Shown here in pieces: positions 20,183-30,700 of a DNA stretch of 34,486 bases (positions within the stretch are counted from its first letter, which is position 1; every line of letters starts with the position of its first letter). The notes below the pieces were generated by a model that was given only the letters and a program-made list of their open reading frames with translations, searched no databases and was not told the origin of the DNA. This DNA comes from a virus. The stretch is taken from positions 1-34,486 of the IMG/VR virus record IMGVR_UViG_3300003779_000001, one strand, 5' to 3'. A program made the translations under genes and the position numbers.

Positions 20183-22621
20183 CTATTGCTCTCCAAGTGC
20201 CGCGGAAATATCCGGCGCACGTTCAGGAACGAGAACGCCAGGACGCCACCAATGTTCCTGATTATAATCTTTTAAATATCGTCTTTCCATGTTCCTGAAA
20301 CGTTTCCGCGCATTAGGGTCAGCCATCAGCCGCAGCCGGTCTAAAATGCCACGCTCAATCGCAAGCCTCAGGTACCATGTCGAAGCTCCGGGGACATGGC
20401 GACCAAAGAAGTCCACCGTTTCAAGAGCGGCATTCGTCTTCTCTCTCCGCGCAACCTCCATCGCATTGCCAAGCGTCAACCGGCGAAGATCATTTAAAAA
20501 CTGGATCCTGGGGCCCGCAATCGTCTCCGTCAGACCACCGCCAAACCTGTTAACGTCATTGAATAGAAAGTCCCCGTAGATTCCAAGCCCGCCTCCGGTC
20601 AACAACGCTTTGCCCCAAAACTCAGAAGTGTCCATGGCAACAGGGTCGCGCCCTTTCGTTATCTCGCGCAACTGGATGGCAAGAGCGGCCATTGCCGTGC
20701 TCGTGATGAGCAAGTCTCCGGCAATAGACAATTTACGCCCCATGCTCGGCTGATGAAGGGCCGCTCGAATATGGTTCAAATAAACAGTAACAGGGAAGTT
20801 TTTGAACATCGCAAATGATCTTGCGATCTCACCTGTTACCGTTCCGGGCCTCGTGCCCCCGACAAGAGCCGCGCGTCCACGCGTGGACGCTACCGGCACA
20901 GCCAAATTCGTCATGCCCTGGACCATTTCGAGAACCTTGAACGCCAGGTCGCGGTTCTCTTCAAAGATTTCGTCAGGACGAAGAAACTTCGCCCCCTTGA
21001 ACTCATATTGCCTGTATTTTCGAAGATCGGCCCAATCCACGTCCGAAATTCCATACCGCGTCAATGTCTCTCTAAAATCGGGATTGAGTGACTTGTAGGA
21101 TTTTTTCGTATTGTCGGCGATGAATCCCATGAACTCCATGCCGAAGGCCCATCGTCCTGCCTGGGTAAATGGCGATAGCAAGGAAATGTTCATAGCTGCA
21201 TGCGATATCGCCTCGGACATTTTCCCGCCCAATACGTCGCGCGCATATCGAGCCTGTCCATAAGCGATGGAAGACCAGTTCTCAGCAATAAGCCCCTGAC
21301 GTATGACCTGCGATTTCGTCGCCTTGCTGGCGGTCAACATCCGGAACGCCTGCTTGAATGATGACTGGAATACGTCCATCCCCGCCATACGCTTGGTGAT
21401 GCGCGTAAAATTGGGGTCGGTCATGACCGCAAGGATGGACGTTGACCCAAGATAGGCCGCTGTCAGGAGATTTCCCAAGCCCGCAAAAGACCTAGCGACA
21501 GTCTCATTAACGGGCATATGAGAGGTTCCTGTGATAAGGTTGTACATGTCATCGAACGTCGCAAGCGAAGCCCGAAGCTTCGCCATCCGCTTGCCGGTGC
21601 CCGCCGCAGCGTCCGCCTCCGCGGCGGCCTTCTGCGCCTGAGTCTTCAGGAACTGTACCGTGGTGTTTGGATTAGGCCCGAGCACAGACAGCAGGGCTAT
21701 GTCTCTCGACATACTGTCAACATAGTTCATCATGATGGAAAAGGGCTCGCCGGAACCAAATCGCTCGCTGTACTCCATCCACTCTTGCGCACCCCGGAAG
21801 TGAAAGAACCGACTGTCCTGACGACGGCGCGCAAGCGACCTCCCCGGCCCCGCCACGGCCGTCTCCTTGACCTTCGAAAAGCCCTCGGTGGCGATCGTCT
21901 CCCAAACTTCTACAAGAATCTCTTCCAGCCGTTCCGCTGTCAATGGCTCGCCGGTTTCATAATCTTTCATTTTGTTACGCGCCAAGCGCGGGTGAATAAA
22001 ACTGTACCACTCCGCGAAACCGGCTTCGCGAACAGCGGCACTGTCATGCATTTGGGGCATGCCCCAGTCGTTGCGTTCCGGGATATCGCCACCCAATGAA
22101 TTGAATTCCTTGCGCAGAAATTCCTCTGCCTCGGTCCACCCTTTCGCCATATCCTTGGCAAAAGCATTACCCGACGACTCGCCGAAAACTTCCCTCACCA
22201 TGTCCATGGCCGACACGGCGGCCCGTCTCGAGACTCTGCCTAGAACGGCGGTTTTCCGCAGATTGGAAATTGTCGTCTCCATCATGGCGTGCGCCATACC
22301 GCGCATGGCGTTCTGCCGGGCAACGACATTGGTGTAAGGAGCACGCCCGGAGCCATCGCGTTCCAAAAGAGCGATAAGCGCTTCCCCGATATCATCACCC
22401 TCGAAGCGGCTCAAATCGTCAAAGGCACGCTTCTGTGCTTGATGTTGCAAGTTCAGCCGCCTGACCCGCTGCTCGACTTCACGCTCCAACGCGACGTAGG
22501 CGGCGGACCCCGGCTTCGGTTCGTTTTCAAACGCTGTCGCAAGCCGGCGCACCCGAGCCGCCTGCTCTTCCGTAATAACGCCTTCAGCAAGAGCGGCATC
22601 AATACACTCATTGAACGGCAT
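20183..22621 (-). CDS. Large internal-virion/ejection-region protein (812 aa)
   Basis: The call rests on synteny (the gp15/gp16 position of T7-like modules). The protein is largely helical with hydrophobic stretches, and I recognise no lytic transglycosylase motif. Confidence 0.6.
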   Translation of the reverse strand: MPFNECIDAALAEGVITEEQAARVRRLATAFENEPKPGSAAYVALEREVEQRVRRLNLQHQAQKRAFDDLSRFEGDDIGEALIALLERDGSGRAPYTNVVARQNAMRGMAHAMMETTISNLRKTAVLGRVSRRAAVSAMDMVREVFGESSGNAFAKDMAKGWTEAEEFLRKEFNSLGGDIPERNDWGMPQMHDSAAVREAGFAEWYSFIHPRLARNKMKDYETGEPLTAERLEEILVEVWETIATEGFSKVKETAVAGPGRSLARRRQDSRFFHFRGAQEWMEYSERFGSGEPFSIMMNYVDSMSRDIALLSVLGPNPNTTVQFLKTQAQKAAAEADAAAGTGKRMAKLRASLATFDDMYNLITGTSHMPVNETVARSFAGLGNLLTAAYLGSTSILAVMTDPNFTRITKRMAGMDVFQSSFKQAFRMLTASKATKSQVIRQGLIAENWSSIAYGQARYARDVLGGKMSEAISHAAMNISLLSPFTQAGRWAFGMEFMGFIADNTKKSYKSLNPDFRETLTRYGISDVDWADLRKYRQYEFKGAKFLRPDEIFEENRDLAFKVLEMVQGMTNLAVPVASTRGRAALVGGTRPGTVTGEIARSFAMFKNFPVTVYLNHIRAALHQPSMGRKLSIAGDLLITSTAMAALAIQLREITKGRDPVAMDTSEFWGKALLTGGGLGIYGDFLFNDVNRFGGGLTETIAGPRIQFLNDLRRLTLGNAMEVARREKTNAALETVDFFGRHVPGASTWYLRLAIERGILDRLRLMADPNARKRFRNMERRYLKDYNQEHWWRPGVLVPERAPDISAALGEQ

Positions 22622-23427
22622 CAGAATCCATAGACCTCTTTGCCGGCGGTTTTTGCCAAAGCGCTGTTCCAGTAAAACGATTCATAGTCGGGAACCAAAA
22701 GCCCAACCAACTCATTACGATCTTTCGACAAGGCCAGGAAGCGCCCAAGCCGCAATGCGATTTGACGCAAGCTCTCCAAATGACACCGTTTCTCTCCCGA
22801 TGACAATTCCAGGGACACGGATGCACACCCGTCTTTCTTCCTGGCAGCAGACTTTACGTAGACGAATACCATTGCATAGTTATCATAGGCTTTTGCATAA
22901 ACCGCTCCCTGGCGAGCGTGGGACGTTCTTATGGAAGATGGAAGTCGATCGGTGGTTTTCAGATCGACGATCACTCCAAGGTCGTCAAAACGCCAATCCG
23001 TATAACCGATAACGGGGACGGGCACGTCATCGAGATTGATCTCTACACGGTCTTGTACGCCGCTCGGCTTGCCGTACTGGCTCAAGACTTCAAAGCCATT
23101 ATAGACATAACCGGAAATCCTCTTCCGTTCCCTTTCGGCAGCCGTGGAATAATCTTCACCGTCGAACGCATACTCCAATACCGAGTTATCAAAGATCGTT
23201 TCAGCGGTGCGAACACAAATATCTTTATGGGCGAAACCATACGTCGGTCTTTGCAATCCAATATTAATACCTTGCTCTACCGCCGTCCCACGAATTGCCG
23301 ATACCCCGGGCGGGAATTTATGGCCCAACAGCTTATTCATCGCCCAAAAGGCTGGCTCCGTAGCCCACAAATTAAGCGAAGACGGCGAAAGATGATCAAG
23401 TCCATGAGCCTCGAAAGGATTGGTCAC
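22621..23427 (-). CDS. PD-(D/E)XK (RecB/Cas4-like, no Cys cluster) nuclease inside the ejection-protein operon
   Basis: VIGYTDWRFDDLGVIVDLKTT gives D...D-x-K, and ARQGAVYAKAY gives QxxxY. The N-terminus is LSPSSLNLWATEPAFW. I prefer GTG 23427 (AAGGAG 8 nt upstream), which overlaps the upstream stop as GTGA. The stop overlaps the next ATG as TGATG. Confidence 0.7.
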   Translation of the reverse strand: MTNPFEAHGLDHLSPSSLNLWATEPAFWAMNKLLGHKFPPGVSAIRGTAVEQGINIGLQRPTYGFAHKDICVRTAETIFDNSVLEYAFDGEDYSTAAERERKRISGYVYNGFEVLSQYGKPSGVQDRVEINLDDVPVPVIGYTDWRFDDLGVIVDLKTTDRLPSSIRTSHARQGAVYAKAYDNYAMVFVYVKSAARKKDGCASVSLELSSGEKRCHLESLRQIALRLGRFLALSKDRNELVGLLVPDYESFYWNSALAKTAGKEVYGF

Positions 23428-24578
23428 AAGAGACACTCCTTCATTCGTTCAAGCATTATACGGTCCTGGGCCACGATTGTGCGCGCCTCGCCAACAGAAA
23501 TTTCCCGGCTGATCGGCTGATTATCGACGATCTCTTCGATAAGGAAAATTTCATCATCTAATGCCGTTCCAAAAAGATCGTCCGTCTCCGGCAACCGCCC
23601 GGTAACAGGGACTTCACCTGTTTCCATCAAAGGGGCGTCATGTCCTGGAACGCTGCCTCGTTCGAAGGAATCCGAAGCCTCCGCCACTAGGGCGGAGGCT
23701 TCGGCGGCGTCCACATCCGGGGGCGTAGCCTGGCGCAATTCGTCAAAGTCTTCTAGGACGTCATCAACCAAATCCGCCTCCTTGGCCTTACCGCCACGCC
23801 CCCGATAGGCGCGAAGCCCTTCTCTTATCAAACCAACCCCCTCGCCAGCCGCATGTAGCACTGGCGGGAAAGCCGCGCCGAGCGCGGTTGCCGCAGCGAC
23901 ATTCTTGAAGAAATCCGCATACGAATAATCCAGCCCCAGCTTTTGATACCAATCCATGATCCCTGATTGCAGGGAGGCTTCAATCCCGCCACTGATCACC
24001 GCTTCACGCAGCGCGGCAAGCCCGAGTCCACGCGCTCCCACTCCCATGCTCATGCCAGAGACCATCACGGGACCAAGCATGAGCGCTTGCTCAAAAAATG
24101 CATCATCAGCAATGATTCCGCCCATGCTCCCAACAAAACCGCCGAGCGTTCCAAGCATGTCCTCACGCGCAGCCGCTTCCTGGCCCTTTTGAATCGCTTC
24201 CAAAGCCGTCGTCTTTATTCGCTCATCCAGACTTTCCGGGGTCATGTCCGTGAACTCAGGATAGATATCCTCATTTTCATTGACGTGATCCAACAGCTTG
24301 TTCAAATAATGCCCGCGCATTTTTTCGTTATGCCCTAAACTGTCAGACCCGCCGAAGAAACGCCCCGGATTGACAAACGTCACATCCTCCCGCTCCTGGA
24401 TTGCATCAATGACCGGCGTGAGCTCTTGCGTCATCAAGAGCGTATACGCGTCGATGTTCAGCCCCCTAGTTTGAGCGGAATATGCTTCGGACATAGCATC
24501 GAAAAACCCGATGTCCTCACCGCCATATCGTAGAGGCGTGTCACCAAAACCGCTATTGTTGTATCGTTCAAAAAACAC
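23424..24578 (-). CDS. Internal-virion-region protein (384 aa) with a Gly/Met-rich hydrophobic core
   Basis: GTG start. Contains TLGGFVGSMGGIIADDAFFEQALMLGPVMVSGMSMGVGARGLGLAAL. Placement is by synteny only. Confidence 0.55.
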   Translation of the reverse strand: MFFERYNNSGFGDTPLRYGGEDIGFFDAMSEAYSAQTRGLNIDAYTLLMTQELTPVIDAIQEREDVTFVNPGRFFGGSDSLGHNEKMRGHYLNKLLDHVNENEDIYPEFTDMTPESLDERIKTTALEAIQKGQEAAAREDMLGTLGGFVGSMGGIIADDAFFEQALMLGPVMVSGMSMGVGARGLGLAALREAVISGGIEASLQSGIMDWYQKLGLDYSYADFFKNVAAATALGAAFPPVLHAAGEGVGLIREGLRAYRGRGGKAKEADLVDDVLEDFDELRQATPPDVDAAEASALVAEASDSFERGSVPGHDAPLMETGEVPVTGRLPETDDLFGTALDDEIFLIEEIVDNQPISREISVGEARTIVAQDRIMLERMKECLL

Positions 24579-24585
24579 GATTCTG

Positions 24586-27171
24586 TTACTCAGAAAGCTT
24601 AAGATGAAGACGCGGTATCTCCCTGGAAACGCGCGTCAAATCAATAAGATAGGGCCGCCCGTTGGGAGCGAACAAAATCTCGTCGCGGTACATGAGCTTA
24701 TAGATACCATCGCCTACGCTAATAAGTTGTGATTTTTGGATGGTCTTGAGAGAAACCCGCTGCTCATTCACGACTCCAATCGGCAGCCGATCATAGCTCA
24801 CGAATTCGCCGCTTTCTTCCTGGGCGACCGCAAGCGGCAGAATGTCTTCGGCGGCCTCCATGTCGTCAAAGATATCTTCAATGCCGTCCTGAGAAACGTT
24901 TACAGGCAGCAGAATATTTTTTCCATTGTACTCGACAAAGCCCCCGAACCGCTCTCCGTCAATCTCGCGCATACCAGCTGCATGTTGAAGGGCGAGCTCG
25001 TAAGCGCTCGCATCGAAATAACCGGAGGCGCTTCCGCCCTGGCCCAAATAGATAAGATCGCCAACCGACTTAATCCGATGCACAACGTCGATGACAGCAC
25101 GAGACCCGGTAAGTCCGGACAGCACCCTCATTCGTCTATCCCGCATGTCGAAGAACTCGCCTAGAGCACGGTCTTCTATCCCCGCCCGAACGGCGCGGCC
25201 CTTCAGGGCCGCGTCAACGACAGGCAAGGGGGCATCGAGGGCCATCAAGCCTCCTATATGCGCCAGTTCCGGCGCTCCGGCCCCCAATTGTTCCATAACA
25301 ATCATGGCGTCTTTTCCAAACCCGGAAACAATCTGGCCCAGCGCTATCGCCTGCTCGCCAATCGGCATGCTTTCCAAGGCAGCCGACAAAGCAAGAGCCT
25401 CGTTCCCGGTCAGGAATTTCGGGGGGACCGTATAATGCGCCGACATTTTGTCCGCGTCCTGCCGACGGCGCAACAGTCTCTGCTCGTCTTGTGCCAGAAT
25501 GGCGGGAACGATATCACGGTCCAGAGTGATCACCCCCGCCTCATCCGCCCAGGACAGCGGGTCCTGCTTCAACGCCGTTTCCATGGCCGACAACCGTTTA
25601 TCGAAAGCGTCGAGAAACTCGCCGCCGCCCCGTTTACGTAAGGCCGCCACCTTCGCTTCCAAAACCAGGCTATTGTCGTCAGCAATATCATTGAAAAGGT
25701 CTCGCATCGACAGCAAGCGAGACGCATCTTCTCGAACCGGTTGAATCAGCGCCCCTGGCACGCCGGCGAACTCCAAGGCGCTTACGGTATCGAGAACCTC
25801 GGAAATCTCGGCGTCGCCAACACGACGAAACGCCTTAACGTCGCCTTGAAGTCGCTCCATTGCATCAATCGCGGGCGATATGAACTTTTTCCACCTGCCC
25901 TTTTCCGTCGCAATCGATTCCAAATGCCGCTTGATATCCGTAAGCCTCATAATGTCTTCGGGAGTAACATTCTCGCCCAACCCGATTTCGGCGGCGAGAC
26001 GATCGCGCTCCGCGAGAAGGCCTTCCAACGGCAGGTCCCGAATTGCCCGCATGTACAAGATGCGCCGCTCCGCGGCTTCTACGCGCTCACCCACTGCAGC
26101 AAGTTGAGCGCGTGAAGCCCCGCGCTCCCGCAGAGCTCCCAATTCGGCCCGCGCCTCAGCAAGCAGCTTTGTATCCGGAATGCCGCCGGCGGAAACGACC
26201 GACAGGATTTCGTCGTCGATAGACTCCCGCAACCCTCGGACTTCCGCCGTTACGGCGCTCGCCTGACTGGCCACCCTGCGGCGAAGGGCCTGAGCCAGAG
26301 ACGTGGTGTCCCGCAAGGACAGGTCTTCGAGAGGTTCCGCTTCGAGCTTCTCGATGAGTTTTTGTCTCCCGGAAACGGACTCGGCCCGCTCGAACTCCCC
26401 CATGACCCTGGCGATGGCCGCACGCCTCTTCGACGAAGATATCTCCCGCGCGATTGCATCACTGTCATAGCCTTGGCCACGCAGCCAGTCAGCCATGCCA
26501 TCTATTTCTTGCTTTATCAGCCCCTTGACATTACTGACCGGCGATGCGGCCAGGTTCTCAAGACCAATATTCAACGCATCTAGTCTAAGCGCCGCCTCGG
26601 CACGCTTTCGGGCGCGCGTTTCTTTCAGACTAAAATCCGAAAAACGCACGAATTGAGCGTTTCGATACTCATCCAGCTTGACTGCGAGCTCCCTAGCGGT
26701 CGCAGGATTCAGCAACTCAAGCGTTTCGGAGAAACCGCCAGTGACCATATCGAGCCGCTCGCCAAGCGCCGCAGGGCCTTCCTTATTATCAAGGGCTTGC
26801 AGGTATTGCAGCCCCATCTCTTTCTTGGCTTCGACCTCGACCTCGACAGCCAGCTGATTGGTGGCAGCCTGCCACGCCGCCGCCTCTTCCGGGCCCAGCA
26901 TCGCGGGGTCACGCCCGCGCAACCCTTCCAACACGCCACGAGGGTCCCCGCCGCCACGGATTGACCCATGAATTTTACCTCGCCTTTCTTCCTCCCGAGC
27001 GGCGTAGCCGACGAGATTCTCGATCATGCCGACCGCCGTGCCGGCAAGCCGAGCCGTGGCATGGCCCGACCGGGCCGCCTCACGATGCCCGACAGGATCA
27101 AACCTTGGCAGACGACCAGGCCCCACGGACTGGACGAACCTCGAAGATGGCCGTGGATACCGGTCAGCCAT
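24586..27171 (-). CDS. Large helical internal-virion/ejection protein (861 aa, gp15-position)
   Basis: The ATG at 27171 overlaps the upstream stop (ATGGCTGA). The composition is long and alpha-helical, rich in Ala/Glu/Arg/Leu. Confidence 0.6.
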   Translation of the reverse strand: MADRYPRPSSRFVQSVGPGRLPRFDPVGHREAARSGHATARLAGTAVGMIENLVGYAAREEERRGKIHGSIRGGGDPRGVLEGLRGRDPAMLGPEEAAAWQAATNQLAVEVEVEAKKEMGLQYLQALDNKEGPAALGERLDMVTGGFSETLELLNPATARELAVKLDEYRNAQFVRFSDFSLKETRARKRAEAALRLDALNIGLENLAASPVSNVKGLIKQEIDGMADWLRGQGYDSDAIAREISSSKRRAAIARVMGEFERAESVSGRQKLIEKLEAEPLEDLSLRDTTSLAQALRRRVASQASAVTAEVRGLRESIDDEILSVVSAGGIPDTKLLAEARAELGALRERGASRAQLAAVGERVEAAERRILYMRAIRDLPLEGLLAERDRLAAEIGLGENVTPEDIMRLTDIKRHLESIATEKGRWKKFISPAIDAMERLQGDVKAFRRVGDAEISEVLDTVSALEFAGVPGALIQPVREDASRLLSMRDLFNDIADDNSLVLEAKVAALRKRGGGEFLDAFDKRLSAMETALKQDPLSWADEAGVITLDRDIVPAILAQDEQRLLRRRQDADKMSAHYTVPPKFLTGNEALALSAALESMPIGEQAIALGQIVSGFGKDAMIVMEQLGAGAPELAHIGGLMALDAPLPVVDAALKGRAVRAGIEDRALGEFFDMRDRRMRVLSGLTGSRAVIDVVHRIKSVGDLIYLGQGGSASGYFDASAYELALQHAAGMREIDGERFGGFVEYNGKNILLPVNVSQDGIEDIFDDMEAAEDILPLAVAQEESGEFVSYDRLPIGVVNEQRVSLKTIQKSQLISVGDGIYKLMYRDEILFAPNGRPYLIDLTRVSREIPRLHLKLSE

Positions 27172-27703
27172 CTTTATTCCCGCCACCACGGCTCAGCGAG
27201 TATCGACCGACGGCGCTGGCAACATCGAGACCGGCGTTCAATGCATTGACGTATCCCTGGTGCCGGGCATTCCTTCCGGCCAGTTCATATTCCTGCTGCT
27301 GCAACGCCCCGCCGGTCTCCAACAACTGCGCCTCCAATTCAAGCATTCGTCGATTCTGCACAGTCACGTCGAAATCTCGTACTCCACGCCCACGGATAAG
27401 TTCGGCCGTGTTCAAGATGGAACCCGAAAATGGATTTATCGCGCCGGCGGCTGCACGGGCATTGAGTGTCGCTATATCGCTGGCCGTTTTTTCCAAAATG
27501 GCAATGCCTTGCCGCTTATGGTTTAGCAACTCGGTACGCGTGCGAAGAACGTCCAGACGTGTGTTCAGGGCAGCCTGCTTCGCTTGAAGCTGATAGGCTC
27601 GCTGACTTGCCTTGCCTGCCGAAAGGCTTGCCGAGGCCCCCGCCAGACCACCAATGACTTGTACTCCCAGAAGGAGCGTGGAAGCTGCGGCGAGACTAAC
27701 CAC
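27164..27703 (-). CDS. Small internal-virion protein with an N-terminal TM segment (gp13/14-position)
   Basis: GTG start with GAGAGG upstream. The N-terminus is VSLAAASTLLLGVQVIGGLAGASASL, followed by coiled coil. Confidence 0.6.
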   Translation of the reverse strand: MVSLAAASTLLLGVQVIGGLAGASASLSAGKASQRAYQLQAKQAALNTRLDVLRTRTELLNHKRQGIAILEKTASDIATLNARAAAGAINPFSGSILNTAELIRGRGVRDFDVTVQNRRMLELEAQLLETGGALQQQEYELAGRNARHQGYVNALNAGLDVASAVGRYSLSRGGGNKDG

Positions 27704-27722
27704 CCTTTAAACCTCTCGAGCT

Positions 27723-30700
27723 TTACCGGCCTAGACTGATTTTATAGTCCAACGCGGTCAATGTCATGGGAAGAGGAACGGTTTGCGTAATCTTTATAAT
27801 GCCATAACTATCGTATCCAAAAAACGGCCCTTCGGTCTTAACGCCAGTGAACTTCTGAACCGGACCGTCAATGCCGGACACGCTGCCGGTCCGGAGGCTG
27901 TCAAACGGCAGCTCAACGTCGTTGATGGTCAGAGATTGCGTATCGACGACACGGGCGTTAACCTCGACCACGCGCTTCTTGATCCCCATGGTCGAAGGGT
28001 CATGCACCTGCGGTTCGACCGGAAGAGTTTCCAGGTGAACATCGAAGTTCCACCCGTACTCTATGGGATGACCAGGGGGCGCATATCCAGGAAGAATCCA
28101 AGCCTCCGGGTTTATCTCACTCATGCTCTGTACCTCAGCCATGGAAAAGGCGCGATCATAAAACCGAATATCGGAAATGTTGCCAACCACTTTGTGAACT
28201 TGCGGTCTGCCGAGGTCGTCCGCCAGGGGTCCTGAATAAATGTCCGGCAGGTTTTCCGGATCCCCACCGACAAAGACCTTCGCGCCGGGAGCAGGCGTTT
28301 GACTGGAAAAATCGGCGCTGCCGAATGTCGTTGAAAGGGTCAAATGGCCCGGCTCGTCCGCGATCCCACCGGCTACCTCTGGTGTATCAGCCACTTTAAC
28401 CCAAAGATAGCAATCACCATCCCGGTCCCACGTAAAGGCCAAATAATAAGCGACGTTCTCCTCCAAAACCGTTTCATTGCGAGCAGAGACAGCGGCTTGA
28501 CCGACGCCATCGATATATATGGCGGCTCTTACCTCATCAGGATTATTCTCGGAATGTTGCAAACGTATTTCCCAGCGATACCCCAGAACTTTGGTACCGC
28601 TGGGACGATTGTGCATTTGAATGAGGACCTGACGCCATTTCGGATTGATCGACACAGGATCAATCCACTCGGCCGTGTCCGTATCATCATCGTCGTCGTC
28701 ATCATCATCGTCGTCGTCATCAGAGTCCTCAACCCAGGGAAGACGAACGAACTTACATATGACAGTAAAATCCTGGTTAGGACCGTGATCGAGGATATGC
28801 ATCGCATCCTCGATCTCAAATGCGGTATCTCCCCTTTTATATTGATAACTTCTGCTGCGAATGGGCGTATCATAGAAAGCGTACGTAGCGCCTATGTTCT
28901 CGATGGTGCGCACACGATCATTGACGATAAAACTCGCTTTAGTGTTTTGCAGCCGTTCGGGAATAGGCGTTAGTCCGACTCTATACTCCTCCGGATCGGT
29001 CACCTTTCCAGCCAAATCCAGCCGATAGTCCTTCTTGAACACCTCCACGGTCCATTGATATGCGTTGATCCCTCCGCCGACGGCATATTTAGGACGCTTA
29101 ACAAGAACATAGACATTATCGTCAACCACACTGATCATCTTGAACTCGCCACGCGTCGTCCACCGTGTCGCTCCGACGAGATTCTGGGATTTCTGCAAGG
29201 TGAAAACGGCGAGCGTGCCATCTCCATTGACAATCATCACACGCTCGCCCTCTCCCTCGAAAGAGGGAAGGATGGCCAGCGTAACCGGGTCATTTATCAT
29301 ATGCGTCGCCAGGAGCGAAAGAGGATGGCTCAGATACGCGTTATTCTCGTCTGAATAAATGAGCTCACGAAGCGCCTTACCGCCACGCTGAATGAACAGC
29401 GTGCTAACGCCGATGCCAGCAACAGGAGTATGCTGATCCTTGCCGGCATGGCCGGCTGCACGGATTGCAATATTGCTCGGCGTGATCGCCTCGAACTGCC
29501 CCGTCTGCGGAATGTAAAATTCCCCGCCAGTCGTAAATATCTGAAGATTTCCTCCCGAATAAAGATCGACAACATCATTCAATGTTGTGGAAACAATCTC
29601 CACTACAATGCCGTCGTCATCTAAACCGCCGCCAAGACCGAAATCAGTGAAGTCTCCTATCCGAGACCCAAAGATTATCGATGGCTTGCTCCTGGTTCCT
29701 CCAAGCCACAGCCTGCCCTCATGAAAACATACGGAGCGCGGCCACTGTGGACCCGTGGCGGAATCACCGCCGGTCAGAACGGGCACAGCCCTCTGAATAA
29801 GCTTTTTCCAATCCTGATATGAATATTCACCCTGTGTAACAGCATCCACAACCTCGGCTAGGCAGGTATTACCATCGACCTTCTGAGTAATTCTAAGCGA
29901 CCCACCGTCAGTCAAAACGATGCGGCTGCCAATAAGCGTGGCCGCGTCTTCATCAAAAGCAACAAGGTCCGCTGGCTCGCGATCAATAGTCTCAACCTTG
30001 ATAATCTTACCCGGCTGACCATCAAGGTGAGCTCTAAAAAAACCGTCAACATCAGTACGCTCTAACTTAAGAGTCGCATTGGGTTCGAGCTCGTCCTCCG
30101 GAAAATGCTCTCTAACGACGGGCGTAATCGAAAAGTCGATCGTATCGACAGCCCATCTATTATGCCTATTGCCACGTACGATCCTGATGGGGTGCATATC
30201 CGCATGAACAATAATGAGCGTATCGGCCGCCTGAGCGAATTTCATATCTTCAAGCTGGTCAACAGATAGACCCTCGATTTCCAGATAAGCAGTGCCTACA
30301 TCAACAACAGCAGAGTCATCGGGGTCATCGACATCACTCATGAAAACCAAGTTGGGCACATGCTCATCTTCCTCCACGCCAGTCGCTTGAATGGCTGGGC
30401 GGAAAACGTACATGCCGACCTTCTTGGCATCGACGCCAACGGCGTTAGCAGCGCCAATCGGAGCGAAGACGAGCATGTAATGGTCTTCAACGTTAAAATC
30501 GAACGGGACAAAGCGAGGCGTGAAGGTATCGAAACGTGTCGATCCATCAGACAGAGTGTAGATATATCGCAACCCAGGGCGGCGCTTCACGCCGCCCTGG
30601 GGAATGACGACGACGTTCTCAGCCCTGGCAAGACCGGAAAAGTATTGCTTCAGGTCAATCCGGCTTGTCGCCCTGGGATCAACCTCACCAACGGTGAAAT

